Part shown: positions 1 through 8,850 of the stretch, piece by piece
Numbering within the stretch: the first letter of the stretch is position 1
Layout: every line of letters starts with the position of its first letter
NCBI GenBank assembly: GCA_012103495.1
Contig: WLWR01000001.1
Location: forward strand, 1 to 25,901
Source: Legionellales bacterium
Lineage (GTDB): Bacteria > Pseudomonadota > Gammaproteobacteria > WLWR01
Reading direction: 5' to 3'
DNA length: 25,901 nucleotides
The notes under the pieces: model-generated
The model's input: only the letters and a program-made list of their open reading frames with translations
Database searches by the model: none
Told to the model about the DNA's origin: nothing
Made by a program: the position numbers and the translations under genes

Positions 1-1142
1 AAAGTGGTTTCGCCAAGGTGGTCAAGCAATTGAGCTAATGTGAGGTATGTGTGAGGACGTGGCTGCAATTGTAAACTTTCAATAAGATACTCGCGAGCTT
101 GCCCCCATAATTCATTGGCAATGGCCAAGCGGGCCAGTGTCAGTAATAACGTTGCACGATGCGGGGTGGTTTTGAGCCAGCTTTTGGCGATGGTCAATTG
201 CTTATCCAGAAAGCGACTGTGAGTGTGGCCATACAGTTCGATCAGTACAGCGTTGGCTGGATGCAACTTAAGAGCGGTGCGTAATCCACGTTCAGCCTGA
301 TCTGTTTGTTGATAATGTAGTAACCCGCGGACGTGCTCGGTAATTAATAAAGGTTCTTGTTGCAAGGTATGAGACAACGATTGCCACACCCGGTGCAATT
401 TGGCGCCTTGATCCTCGGCGGTGCGCGCTTGTTGCAACAAATGTTGTTTAATGATCAATTCTTCACGCTGTAAGGTTGCTCGGTTGAGTGCAGATTTTGC
501 TTTCAGTGAGGGCAACAGTTCGGCGCATTGCGACCAATCACCCTGGGCCCGATAAATTTGCAATCGCAATGCCAATTCCCGAGGGTGTTGTGCGTGCTGC
601 GATGGTAACTCATTTAAGAGTGATAACGCGGCTAAATATTGTTGGTCATCAATTTGGAATTGTGCTTTTGTGAGCTGAATGGTCAGATGTGCATGGGGAT
701 GTTTGCGCTGGGCTTTGGCTAAATAGTGATCTCGCTGTTCATCGTTGTGTTGATGCTGTGCCGCTTGCGCGCACAATAAATAGTGAGCCAGTGACGCTTG
801 GGTATTGGCAGCGGCTTTGCTTAAATGCTTTTTTGCACGTGGCCAATCGCCAATGGCATATGCAAGCAATCCTTGATCCGTATCGGTTTGAGCACGCTGT
901 TGACGACGGTGCTGATACCAAACCGTGGCGCGTTGTTTGAAATGAAAGACATAAGAAAGCAAATGTCCCAGCCAACGTAATAACAACAAGGTGAGCAATA
1001 ATAAAATGATCGCTAGCCATAATGGCATTTCCATAGTCCACTGATGATAAGCCAGCAAGACATAGCCGGGATCGTTGACAACCAAAATACCCAGTACCGT
1101 TGCAACAACGGTAACTAAAATAATACCGATAAACCATTTCAT
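1..1142 (-). CDS. hemY: HemY family heme biosynthesis-associated TPR membrane protein (3' end runs off the window)
   Basis: Not in the ORF track because there is no stop in the window. Reading from ATG at 1142 gives MKWFIGIILVTVVATVLGILVVNDPGYVLLAYHQWTMEMPLWL, the typical HemY_N DPGYV motif. Spot checks near 420-480 and 1-65 are in the same open frame (...QPRPHTYLTLAQLLDHLGETT, TPR-like). ATGA overlap with the hemX stop. Confidence 0.9.
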   Translation of the reverse strand, partial: MKWFIGIILVTVVATVLGILVVNDPGYVLLAYHQWTMEMPLWLAIILLLLTLLLLRWLGHLLSYVFHFKQRATVWYQHRRQQRAQTDTDQGLLAYAIGDWPRAKKHLSKAAANTQASLAHYLLCAQAAQHQHNDEQRDHYLAKAQRKHPHAHLTIQLTKAQFQIDDQQYLAALSLLNELPSQHAQHPRELALRLQIYRAQGDWSQCAELLPSLKAKSALNRATLQREELIIKQHLLQQARTAEDQGAKLHRVWQSLSHTLQQEPLLITEHVRGLLHYQQTDQAERGLRTALKLHPANAVLIELYGHTHSRFLDKQLTIAKSWLKTTPHRATLLLTLARLAIANELWGQAREYLIESLQLQPRPHTYLTLAQLLDHLGETT

Positions 1143-2200
1143 GAGGTGGATTCCGTGGTGGGTTGTGTGAATTGCTGTTTTAACAAGCGTTGTACTTGTT
1201 GCAGGGAAGTGTGGATGTCTGGCAACGCTGGATCCAGATCCAGTTGTTGCAATGTTTGCAATTGTAGCAATACCTGCTGGGTGAGAGGGGCTTTCACATC
1301 AAATGAGCGGTTCACTCGATCGATCACTTGGGTTAAAGATTGTTGATACACCGAGGCTTGATGATGTAGCACGGCCCATTGAGCTTGTTGCATCAAGGCA
1401 GCTAACTGTTGAAGCAGGTGTTGATGTTGCATGGTTGATAGAAGTGGCTCTATCGGTTGTGCGTGGTGACGAATGACGATCAATTGGGATAGTTGTTGCC
1501 ACAGTGTTTGTAATTTCTTTTGCCAGTAATCCAGTGATGTTTTATCGGTAGGCGATGTATCGTGAGTGTCAGACAATGTGGATGAAGATTCGGGTGGCAG
1601 CGTGATCGTGCTGGGCAATTGCTCCAGTTGTTGGGCAACCGCGTTGAGTTGGGTTAGCAGGTCACTGACGTCGATAATGGGAATGGTGCTAAGGGCGCTG
1701 ATTTCTTGTGCCAATTGATCGCGAAGCGGGTACACCGCTGGATCAGCAATGGTTTGCAAAGTGTCGTTGGCCAGCGTCAACAATTGTAAGGCAGAGGCAA
1801 TGTCTTTTTGCCAATACAAGGTTAGGTAGGCTTGTTGTAATAATTCTTGTACGGTCACCAAATCCCATTGTTGGGTGAGGGCTGGATGTTGCAGGGCTGT
1901 TTGTAAGGTTTGTGTTTGTTGCGCAATTTGTTGTTCCAAGGCTTGATGATGTTCGACAAGGGTGGTCAATTGTGTTTGCAATTGGGTTACGTTGTGTTGG
2001 GATTGGCTTGCTCGCATTTGCAAGGGGTGCCATTGATTTTGCCAAAACACGATGCCTGCGATGATGAGGGCGATTAATAGCAAGACACTACTACCACCGA
2101 AGATAAGTGGCCAGTTCAATCGCGGTTTATTGTTTCGAGGCGAGGGTGGGGTGGTGGAAGCGTCTACCGGTTTGGCCGACGGTTTGGATGGTGTTGTCAT
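1139..2200 (-). CDS. hemX: HemX family protein (annotated as uroporphyrinogen-III C-methyltransferase HemX)
   Basis: 353 aa with an N-terminal TM helix, Gln-rich coiled coil and HemX-like segments (ALQLLTLANDTL, LSQLIVIRH, AQWAVLHHQASVYQQSL, LDPALPDI). Lies between hemD and hemY. Confidence 0.88.
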   Translation of the reverse strand: MTTPSKPSAKPVDASTTPPSPRNNKPRLNWPLIFGGSSVLLLIALIIAGIVFWQNQWHPLQMRASQSQHNVTQLQTQLTTLVEHHQALEQQIAQQTQTLQTALQHPALTQQWDLVTVQELLQQAYLTLYWQKDIASALQLLTLANDTLQTIADPAVYPLRDQLAQEISALSTIPIIDVSDLLTQLNAVAQQLEQLPSTITLPPESSSTLSDTHDTSPTDKTSLDYWQKKLQTLWQQLSQLIVIRHHAQPIEPLLSTMQHQHLLQQLAALMQQAQWAVLHHQASVYQQSLTQVIDRVNRSFDVKAPLTQQVLLQLQTLQQLDLDPALPDIHTSLQQVQRLLKQQFTQPTTESTS

Positions 2201-3001
2201 TTATATTCCTTTTGCCGTTGGTTGGCGTGAAAATAAAGTGGCATTCATTAATAAGGTGCTAATCATAGCATCATCACTGGCGTTTTGGGCAATCAAGGGT
2301 TTATGTACGAGTGAATAACGTTGCAAATGATTGGCAATGCGTTGGCTACTGACAACCCATTGTCGTTGTTGTAACCAGGTTGTGCCGGTGGGAGCAAATA
2401 GGGTCCATAAATTATCGGCGCTGACAATACTGGTGCTAATAATCGCGTTAACCCCGGTTTGTAAAAGATGGATTTGCTTATTGGGATCTGGGGTTGGCAA
2501 GGCGCGTTGATAGCAAATGATTTCCGTTATTTGGGCACCTCGCTCGCGTAATGTGTCGGTTAATAATGGACGCCCTCCTTCGCCTTTGAAAATGACAATG
2601 TGTTGCTGGGTAACCAATTGCAATGATGGCAATGTCAGAGTGTCTTCTGCTGAATAGTGAGGCGTTGGATAAAAAACGTGTTGTGCACCATGGTCACGCA
2701 ATAAATTTGCCGAGGGTTCACCCATGGCGATGCATGGCAATTGACGCCAAGCAATGGTTGGCGTCTGTTGTAACAAAGGGCATCCCTGTGTGATGGCATT
2801 GGGACTGATAAAAATCAATTGATCAATCGCTGGCTTTTTAGCCAGTTGTGCCGCCAATTGTGATTGGGTCAACCGTGGGATAATGTTGATGGTGGCGAAT
2901 AATTCAACCTGTCCTCCCAAGCTGCTAATGCGTTGCGCCAAGCGCTGTGCTTGCGATTGGGGACGGGTAATTAATGCGTGTAAGCTTGCTAATTCATTCA
3001 T
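2201..3001 (-). CDS. hemD: Uroporphyrinogen-III synthase
   Basis: Motifs LITRP, LIFISPNA, VIFKGEGGRPLL, LRERGA, CYQR. Start reassigned to the ATG at 3001 (MNELASLHALITRP), which overlaps the hemC stop as ATGA. Confidence 0.92.
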   Translation of the reverse strand: MNELASLHALITRPQSQAQRLAQRISSLGGQVELFATINIIPRLTQSQLAAQLAKKPAIDQLIFISPNAITQGCPLLQQTPTIAWRQLPCIAMGEPSANLLRDHGAQHVFYPTPHYSAEDTLTLPSLQLVTQQHIVIFKGEGGRPLLTDTLRERGAQITEIICYQRALPTPDPNKQIHLLQTGVNAIISTSIVSADNLWTLFAPTGTTWLQQRQWVVSSQRIANHLQRYSLVHKPLIAQNASDDAMISTLLMNATLFSRQPTAKGI

Positions 3002-3930
3002 GATTGTGCCAATACCTGTTGAATTAATGCCAATGCACCTTGCGCTTTTAAATCGGTGATCACTTGTTGCGCCAATGGATCGGCTTGATCGCAAGCGCCG
3101 CGGATTTGACTCTCTAATAGTGGTTTCCCACTTGGGTGCGCTACCCGTGCACAAATGCTGATCTGTTGATCAATGAATTGCGCATGAACGGCCAGTGGAA
3201 CTTGACAACTGCCACCCAATGCACTGCTTACCGTGCGCTCGCAGTGCAAACACAAGGCTGTGAGGGGATCATGCAGCGGGGCGATCAATTGACGAATGTG
3301 TTGATCGGTTTGACGACACTCAATGCCCAAGGCTCCTTGACCGGGTGCCGGTAATAATTGATCGATGGTAAACAAATGTTGAATGCGATCGGTGAAGTTC
3401 AAGCGTTGTAAACCAGCGGCGGCTAACACGATCGCGTCAAAGTCACCACGATCTAATTTTTGCAAACGGGTATTCACATTGCCGCGTAAGGGTAGGATGT
3501 TGAGGTCGGCACGTAAATGTTTTAACTGACTTTGACGACGTAAACTACTGGTGCCGACCTTGCTACCAATCGGCAATTGAATAAAATCTATTGAATGAGG
3601 GCAGACCAAAGCATCGCATGCTTCGGCACGTTGGCAAATAACCGGTAAACATAATCCTGCCGGGAAGGTCGCCGGAACGTCTTTCATGGAATGCACAGCA
3701 ATGTCTGCCTGTTGGTTGAGCAAGGCTTTTTCCAATTCTTTGACGAATAAACCTTTGCCGCCGACTTTGGTCAAGGAGCGATCTAAAATTTGATCGCCTT
3801 GGGTAACCAATGGAATGATTTGAATGGTCAATTGCGGATGGCGTTGTTGCAATTGTTGTCCAATAAAATTTGCCTGCCATAAAGCCAATGGACTTTTGCG
3901 TGTTGCGATGCGAAGGGTGGAGAGTAACAT
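2998..3930 (-). CDS. hemC: Porphobilinogen deaminase (hydroxymethylbilane synthase)
   Basis: Motifs LRIATRKSPLALWQA, GGKGLFVKELE, AVHSMKDVP, GTSSLRR, RGNVNTRL, LGGSCQVP. Probable start is the ATG at 3930; the ORF track extends to 3966. Confidence 0.97.
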   Translation of the reverse strand: MLLSTLRIATRKSPLALWQANFIGQQLQQRHPQLTIQIIPLVTQGDQILDRSLTKVGGKGLFVKELEKALLNQQADIAVHSMKDVPATFPAGLCLPVICQRAEACDALVCPHSIDFIQLPIGSKVGTSSLRRQSQLKHLRADLNILPLRGNVNTRLQKLDRGDFDAIVLAAAGLQRLNFTDRIQHLFTIDQLLPAPGQGALGIECRQTDQHIRQLIAPLHDPLTALCLHCERTVSSALGGSCQVPLAVHAQFIDQQISICARVAHPSGKPLLESQIRGACDQADPLAQQVITDLKAQGALALIQQVLAQS

Positions 3931-4044
3931 AATAAACAGTCTGGTTAGCCGATGGGCGCCTATCATACTATTTGCGTTGGTATGACAAAAGGGTGGCTAT
4001 TTCGGTACAGTTGACGCGAACAGCCTTCTTTAGCGTATCTTGGA

Positions 4045-4077
4045 TGGAGATTATACTCCAAAATACTTACATAGCCA
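4045..4077 (-). promoter_or_regulatory. Candidate sigma70 promoter for hemCDXY, with the -10 inside a 5-bp dyad
   Basis: Minus strand TGGCTA (4072-4077), N16, TATAAT (4050-4055). The -10 is flanked by the inverted repeat TGGAG/CTCCA (4045-4049/4056-4060). Confidence 0.35.
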
Positions 4078-4115
4078 TCGGTGTTGCTCTTTCTCAACAC
4101 CGTCTTCGTCCAATC

Positions 4116-4160
4116 TGCACACAAAGCCGGGTTTTCCCCGAGATTTAAAATTTTGGTGCA
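4116..4160. repeat. Short palindromic dispersed repeat, copy A
   Basis: TGCACACAAA...TTTTGGTGCA imperfect terminal inverted repeat. 4137-4158 is identical to 22312-22333 (22 bp). 4122-4150 matches the reverse complement of 16561-16589 at 24/29. Confidence 0.7.
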
Positions 4161-4176
4161 TAGTTGCGACAAAAGT

Positions 4177-4203
4177 AGTATAAATTTGCAAATGCTTTAT
4201 ACT
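4177..4203. promoter_or_regulatory. Operator-like dyad upstream of lqsR
   Basis: Perfect 8-bp inverted repeat AGTATAAA (4177-4184), N11, TTTATACT (4196-4203) in the divergent hemC/lqsR intergenic region. Confidence 0.35.
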
Positions 4204-4309
4204 TTGAGACGTTTTTGTAGACAGAGCATGCGTAAATAAATGTGATTGAGCGAAGTTGGGAGCGTTTAATCCGATTCATAAATAGCAAGATGATGGACAA
4301 TTATTAATT

Positions 4310-5332
4310 ATGCCTAAATTTTCAATACCCACTTGTTATTTTCCTAGCACGATTTTGTTTGTTGATGACAGTCGCGAGTTTCTAATCAATTTTACCTTAC
4401 AATTGGCGGACAATGTTTCGTATCGCACTTACGATTCGCCGTTTGAAGCATTGGAGGCTTTGCAAGAATTGGATCATCGCGCCAATGAGTTGATGGGACG
4501 GTGTGTCAGCGAATACCATGAAACAACTTCCTCGCCATTGACCAATCAAACGGTGAATTTGGATTTGTCGGCGATTCATTCGGAGGTGTATAACCCCAAT
4601 CGATTTTCAGAAGTGTCGGTCGTGGTGGTGGATTATTCCATGCCGGGCATGCATGGCATTGAGTTTTGTGAGCAAATCAAAAATGAACAGGTGCAGAAAA
4701 TATTATTGACTGGCCAGGCCGATGAAAAATTAGCGGTCGATGCGTTTAATGAGGGCGTCATTCAACGGTACATTCAAAAAAGTCATCCCAATATTTTACA
4801 ACATGTGTTGGATAACATTGCCATGTTGCAAGCGCATTATTTTCAAAATATGTCGGAAATCGCCACCCAAATGTTAGCAGTCAGTGCTCCGGTGTGTTTG
4901 CAAGATGCCGCGTTTGCCGATGCTTTTCGCGCGTATCGGGTTAAGCATCACGTTGTAGAATTTTATTTGTTGGAAAGTTCGGGCAGTTTTTTAATGTTGA
5001 CTGAGCAAGGAGAGATCAGTTTTTTTATTGTCAAAAGTGAGCAAGATTTGCAAATGTATTATGATTTGGCAAACGATGTGCAAGCACCCAAGACCGTGTT
5101 GGAACAACTTGCCAAAGGTGACAAAATTCCAATCATGGCTGATCTCAGTCGAGAAGCGTTGCAAAATCAACGTTGGGAAGATTGTTTGTTACCGGCTCAA
5201 CGCATGGAGGGACGTCAAACCTATTATTATGCGGTCACCGATTGTTATCCTGCTTATCCCATCGACCCTTCTCAAATTTCATCCTACCGTCATTATTTAA
5301 CGACGATGGATTATCAACCGTTTGCAAATTAG
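4310..5332 (+). CDS. lqsR: LqsR-family response regulator (receiver domain with atypical output domain)
   Basis: 340 aa. Recognised similarity to Legionella LqsR along its length: FSIPTCYFPST, FVDDSR, PLTNQTVNLDL, EVYNPNRFSE, VVVVDYSMPGM, KILLTGQADEKLA, VEFYL..SGSFL. The phosphoacceptor Asp falls at residue 108, the same number as LqsR D108. Confidence 0.88.
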   Translation: MPKFSIPTCYFPSTILFVDDSREFLINFTLQLADNVSYRTYDSPFEALEALQELDHRANELMGRCVSEYHETTSSPLTNQTVNLDLSAIHSEVYNPNRFSEVSVVVVDYSMPGMHGIEFCEQIKNEQVQKILLTGQADEKLAVDAFNEGVIQRYIQKSHPNILQHVLDNIAMLQAHYFQNMSEIATQMLAVSAPVCLQDAAFADAFRAYRVKHHVVEFYLLESSGSFLMLTEQGEISFFIVKSEQDLQMYYDLANDVQAPKTVLEQLAKGDKIPIMADLSREALQNQRWEDCLLPAQRMEGRQTYYYAVTDCYPAYPIDPSQISSYRHYLTTMDYQPFAN

Positions 5333-5345
5333 GATAGGCTTGCGT

Positions 5346-5792
5346 ATGCGTTACCCCTATTTGATAATAATAATTGGTGCGGTGCTGAATTTACCAATGG
5401 TATCCATCGCGGCTGATTATTATGATCGATCTCAAGAAGCTATCCATCAACGTACGCAACCATTGGGAAAGGTGCAGTTATTGCAACCAGAAACACCGAC
5501 GCCATCAACCGCGCCCACGGTGGATACCGTACAACCGGCCGATGTTGTTTTAAGCGGTGAGCAAGTGTATCAACAGTATTGTGCTTTGTGCCATATCAAT
5601 GGGGTGGCGGGAGCGCCGATGTTGACGGATCAAACTGAGTGGCAAACGCGATTAGCGCAGGGTAAATCAGTTTTATTACAGCACGTGGTGAACGGATATC
5701 GTGCGATGCCAGCCAAAGGCACCTGTACGAAATGCAGCGAACAAGCATTACAAGCAGCGATTGATTACATGTTAGAGCAGGCGGGGTTATGA
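5346..5792 (+). CDS. Cytochrome c5 family protein
   Basis: Signal/TM N-terminus, heme motif CALCH, GVAGAP, G(Y)RAMPAKG and the c5-type disulfide CTKC. Start reassigned to the ATG at 5346 behind AGGATAGG. Confidence 0.92.
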   Translation: MRYPYLIIIIGAVLNLPMVSIAADYYDRSQEAIHQRTQPLGKVQLLQPETPTPSTAPTVDTVQPADVVLSGEQVYQQYCALCHINGVAGAPMLTDQTEWQTRLAQGKSVLLQHVVNGYRAMPAKGTCTKCSEQALQAAIDYMLEQAGL

Positions 5793-6298
5793 CACGACAA
5801 CAAGTGAATGGGGTATGCGCGGTGATTTGTTGCGCATTAATTGCGGTGTCTTTGTATTGGCAATACATTGTCGAATTAGCACCGTGTCCACTGTGTTTTA
5901 TTCAGCGATGGATCGTCGTGATTTTGGCGTTGTGGTTTGGACTGGGGATCGCCTTTGCCGATCGAGTGGTGGTGGTGGTCAATCAGTGTTTGATCAGTCT
6001 AACGGCTTTGCTGGGGGTTGTGGTGGCCGGTCATCACAGTTGGTTGCAAATAAGTACCAGCGGTCAACCGACGGCATGTTTGCCTAATTTAGATTACATG
6101 CTGAAGTTTTTGCCTTTATCGGAAACCTTTCGGTTGTTATTCAGCCACGCAGGGGGCTGCGGACAGGTGGATTGGGATTTTTTATTTCTTACCATGCCAA
6201 TGTGGCTGTTCATTTTCTTCTTGGGTTTTTTCTTGGTGGGTTTGTGGGGGTTGCGCCGCACGTCAACCGATTACCGATTTGGGTTGTTTATTAAATAA
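5789..6298 (+). CDS. dsbB: Disulfide bond formation protein B
   Basis: 169 aa, four hydrophobic helices, PCPLCFIQR motif, second Cys pair (TACLP...GGCG), LTMPMW. ATGA overlap with cytochrome c5. Confidence 0.93.
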   Translation: MTRQQVNGVCAVICCALIAVSLYWQYIVELAPCPLCFIQRWIVVILALWFGLGIAFADRVVVVVNQCLISLTALLGVVVAGHHSWLQISTSGQPTACLPNLDYMLKFLPLSETFRLLFSHAGGCGQVDWDFLFLTMPMWLFIFFLGFFLVGLWGLRRTSTDYRFGLFIK

Positions 6299-6675
6299 AG
6301 GCATATACTCACTCCACCTCAAGGTGCGAATGTTAAGTGTGCATCGGACGGCATCTTGCGCCGTTTCTCAAGCAAAAAATCCTCGAATTAGCCTGGCAGT
6401 CCTGCGGTTTTTTCAATCCAAACGTCGCTCTCTACCACCCACTGCGCGTTTAAAATGCCAACTGAAAAATCTTACCAACCGGTAAACATGGGTCGCAGTT
6501 TGACGTGGAATGAGTCTATATCCATCGTACTTGAAGCTTGGCAAATGATTTAAAGAAGCCGTTTTTTATGCCTTTAAGGCGATGCTGTTCACCTTGATGC
6601 GACCTAAAATAACGGCCTCTGCCAACAACAATTGATCCGATTATCCTGGCTCTCATTAACATACAAGATGCGAAC

Positions 6676-6687
6676 TTTAAATCTCGG
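6676..6687 (-). repeat. Possible degenerate copy B of the dispersed repeat (core only)
   Basis: Reverse complement reads CCGAGATTTAAA, the 12-bp core of copies A and C, in the dsbB/vgrG intergenic region. It is short, so it could be chance. Confidence 0.35.
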
Positions 6688-6756
6688 AGAAGAGGTTGGA
6701 TTTGAGTGCAGAGTGCATGTTGCTAAGTTACTTTGATTACGTACCAGTGATCGTTA

Positions 6757-8757
6757 TCAATTTTCCTGCGGTGTTTTCACCGCGTGGTTTTGGGTGGTTA
6801 AGAAGGTGGGTGTTTTCCAGGTGGGAGGCTGTGGCGCGGTAAACTTGGCGGGATGTAGCGGTGGAAGCTTGGAGGAGGATGGCGTGCGGAATAAGGGGGG
6901 TGGGACACAGACCGTTTGAATGTCGCCATGGAAACGGATGGGGGCGTGACTGCGTATCATCGGTGCGTACAAGTGGATACTGCCGTCGGGGAGTAGGGTG
7001 AGGTACGTGTTGGGGCCGCCACGTAACACCAAGGTTCCGGTTCCGGCACCTTGTAAATGGAAACGATCCGTATGCAATATAAGATCTTCGGTGTAACTGC
7101 AGCCTAAAAACGACTGTTGACAGGTTAATTGCAACTCGCGGATGGAAAGACGCTGATTTTTTCTACTGCGTAAGAATGCTTGTTGTGCTTTGATTTTGAC
7201 GTGTTGACTGTGTAGTGTTTGATGCGTGCCAGAGTGACTGAAGAGATGACGGCCACTGGTTAATTGCAAGAGTTGATCGGCGTGCCATTGAGCATGGTTT
7301 TTTATTTTCCCATGCAAGTCTTGTTGACTGCCCCAGTGCAAATGGGTGTGTGCGTGCGCGTGAAAAGAACCTTGTGTTTGAAGCGCCAAGTGTTGTTGTT
7401 GTCGATGGTGTTGCAGCGATAATCGACTGCTGGGTGTGAACAATTCAATGCCCGCCATCAATGGCGCATCTTCGAGAATAAAACCGGTGTGTTGATTAAA
7501 TTGCAAACGATGCTGGGTCGGATTGTCAGAGGTCACCACGCTGGGGCGGGTGGGATCAGCAAGCGTGGCGATGATCACCGGTTGGTGTCGATGTGAATAG
7601 AGCCATTGAAGAATCACTTTGGTATCGCAGATTAATGGCCAATGAATTCCCACCGGTTGAGGTGTCGAAGGACTTGCCCCCAAAGCGCATTTCAGTATCG
7701 AAGGGGGACTGGTTTGTGGATGTTGAGCAAGTGTTACTGAGTAGCGTTGACGCGTGTCGCGTTGGGAGGTATGGATACAGCCGAGACTCCAATTGGGTTG
7801 GGATGTATCGGCCACGGGCGTCAAACGCCACGGTTGTGATGTTGGATGTAATGTTAACTGTTGCGTATATGGGATATATCCTGTGATGAATTGGTGCTTA
7901 ATGCCGACAACCAACCACGGTGTTGACCTGAGGGTGAGGCGCGAGGCTAAGGTCAAATCTGGTAAGCAAGTTTGCAGTGTGGTTTGGGTCGTGTTCTGGT
8001 GTGCTTGTTGTCGCCATTGGACAAGTTGATCGATGTGATGTGTTGAATAAGCACCAACACCGTGCCATTCATGCTCGATCGGCTGTCCAATTTGAGCTTG
8101 CAAGGATTGGCCTTGATGGTGATCTAACATTCGAAGACCGCTGGGGATGTCTAATTCCGTGGTGACGGTTGGGTTGTCTGACGTCAGTGGTTGGGGTGAT
8201 GGTGTTTGTGAATGATTGCTAAACACAATCTGCTCTTTACCATTTGTGGCGGTGTCGCACCAGCAGTAACCGCCAATTTGACGCAAAATATGCAATAAGA
8301 ATTGCCAATCGGTTTCACCGGGTTGTTGCCGCCAAAATTCGGGTTGAGGTAGAGGGGGGAGCATTTGCCAACGATATGATAAGTGGTGGGTGGACATCAG
8401 TTGATGAATCAAATCAACCGCTAAACCTTGGGTCTTTAAATGCGCTGAGGTGTGTGTTTGCAACAGCGATAGTTTCGATGTGAGAGTCAAATCAATGCAG
8501 ACTATTTGTGGATCGGCAGTGGGGTAAATCGTGAGACGTTTTAGAATGCCACTGAATTGTCGATGTGTTTGTTGAGGCGTGCTCATGATTAAGGTAGCTG
8601 GTTGATTAATCCATGCCGGTGGCATTTGGCTGGATGGCAACATGAGCCGCGCATGCCATTGGGTTGGTTGAGCCAAATATTCTTCGCCAAAGGCTTGGCA
8701 AATAGGAAATGATCGCTGTTGAATGAGTAGGTGGGCGGATAATGCGGAGGATGTCAT
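6757..8757 (-). CDS. vgrG: Highly divergent VgrG-like spike protein (gp27-like hub, gp5-like OB fold, C-terminal beta-repeat region)
   Basis: 666 aa with VgrG-like segments in canonical order: GEEYLAQP, RQFSGILKRL, FWRQQPGETDWQFLLHIL (cf. YCVQYRESDLDFVSRLL), WLVVGIKHQ, DTRQRYSVTL, GIHWPLICDTKVILQWLYSHRHQPVIIATL (cf. PRVGQEVIVDFLDGDPDRPII), PSVVTSDNPTQH, FILEDAP, YLTLLPDGSIHLYAP. Confidence 0.78.
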   Translation of the reverse strand: MTSSALSAHLLIQQRSFPICQAFGEEYLAQPTQWHARLMLPSSQMPPAWINQPATLIMSTPQQTHRQFSGILKRLTIYPTADPQIVCIDLTLTSKLSLLQTHTSAHLKTQGLAVDLIHQLMSTHHLSYRWQMLPPLPQPEFWRQQPGETDWQFLLHILRQIGGYCWCDTATNGKEQIVFSNHSQTPSPQPLTSDNPTVTTELDIPSGLRMLDHHQGQSLQAQIGQPIEHEWHGVGAYSTHHIDQLVQWRQQAHQNTTQTTLQTCLPDLTLASRLTLRSTPWLVVGIKHQFITGYIPYTQQLTLHPTSQPWRLTPVADTSQPNWSLGCIHTSQRDTRQRYSVTLAQHPQTSPPSILKCALGASPSTPQPVGIHWPLICDTKVILQWLYSHRHQPVIIATLADPTRPSVVTSDNPTQHRLQFNQHTGFILEDAPLMAGIELFTPSSRLSLQHHRQQQHLALQTQGSFHAHAHTHLHWGSQQDLHGKIKNHAQWHADQLLQLTSGRHLFSHSGTHQTLHSQHVKIKAQQAFLRSRKNQRLSIRELQLTCQQSFLGCSYTEDLILHTDRFHLQGAGTGTLVLRGGPNTYLTLLPDGSIHLYAPMIRSHAPIRFHGDIQTVCVPPPLFRTPSSSKLPPLHPAKFTAPQPPTWKTPTFLTTQNHAVKTPQEN

Positions 8758-8850
8758 GGTGAAACCGGATGTTAAGGTGATTGGACTCTGAGGGTTATTT
8801 TATTCAATGACGGGCAAATAAACTTGGGTATCTCACCCTGAAAAGCCGAC

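Noticed and set aside
488-1502. Short track ORFs (488-673, 689-940, 739-1137, 1146-1346, 1299-1502)
   Set aside because: They are antisense or out-of-frame shadows of hemY and hemX. The real gene here is the hemY frame, which the track missed.
3963-4172. 69-aa minus-strand ORF that abuts hemC with an ATGA overlap
   Set aside because: No recognisable motif. It runs through repeat copy A, the hairpins and the candidate hemC promoter, so it is probably non-coding.
4293-4297. ANGGA (ATGGA) possible CsrA site just before lqsR
   Set aside because: A single GGA at the Shine-Dalgarno position is expected anyway, and there is no second site or hairpin context.
6299-6756. Possible pseudogene, IS remnant or small VgrG cargo gene in the 458-bp dsbB/vgrG gap
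   Set aside because: The frames I translated give only 30-70 aa stretches broken by stops, with nothing recognisable. A BLASTX search would be needed to support it.
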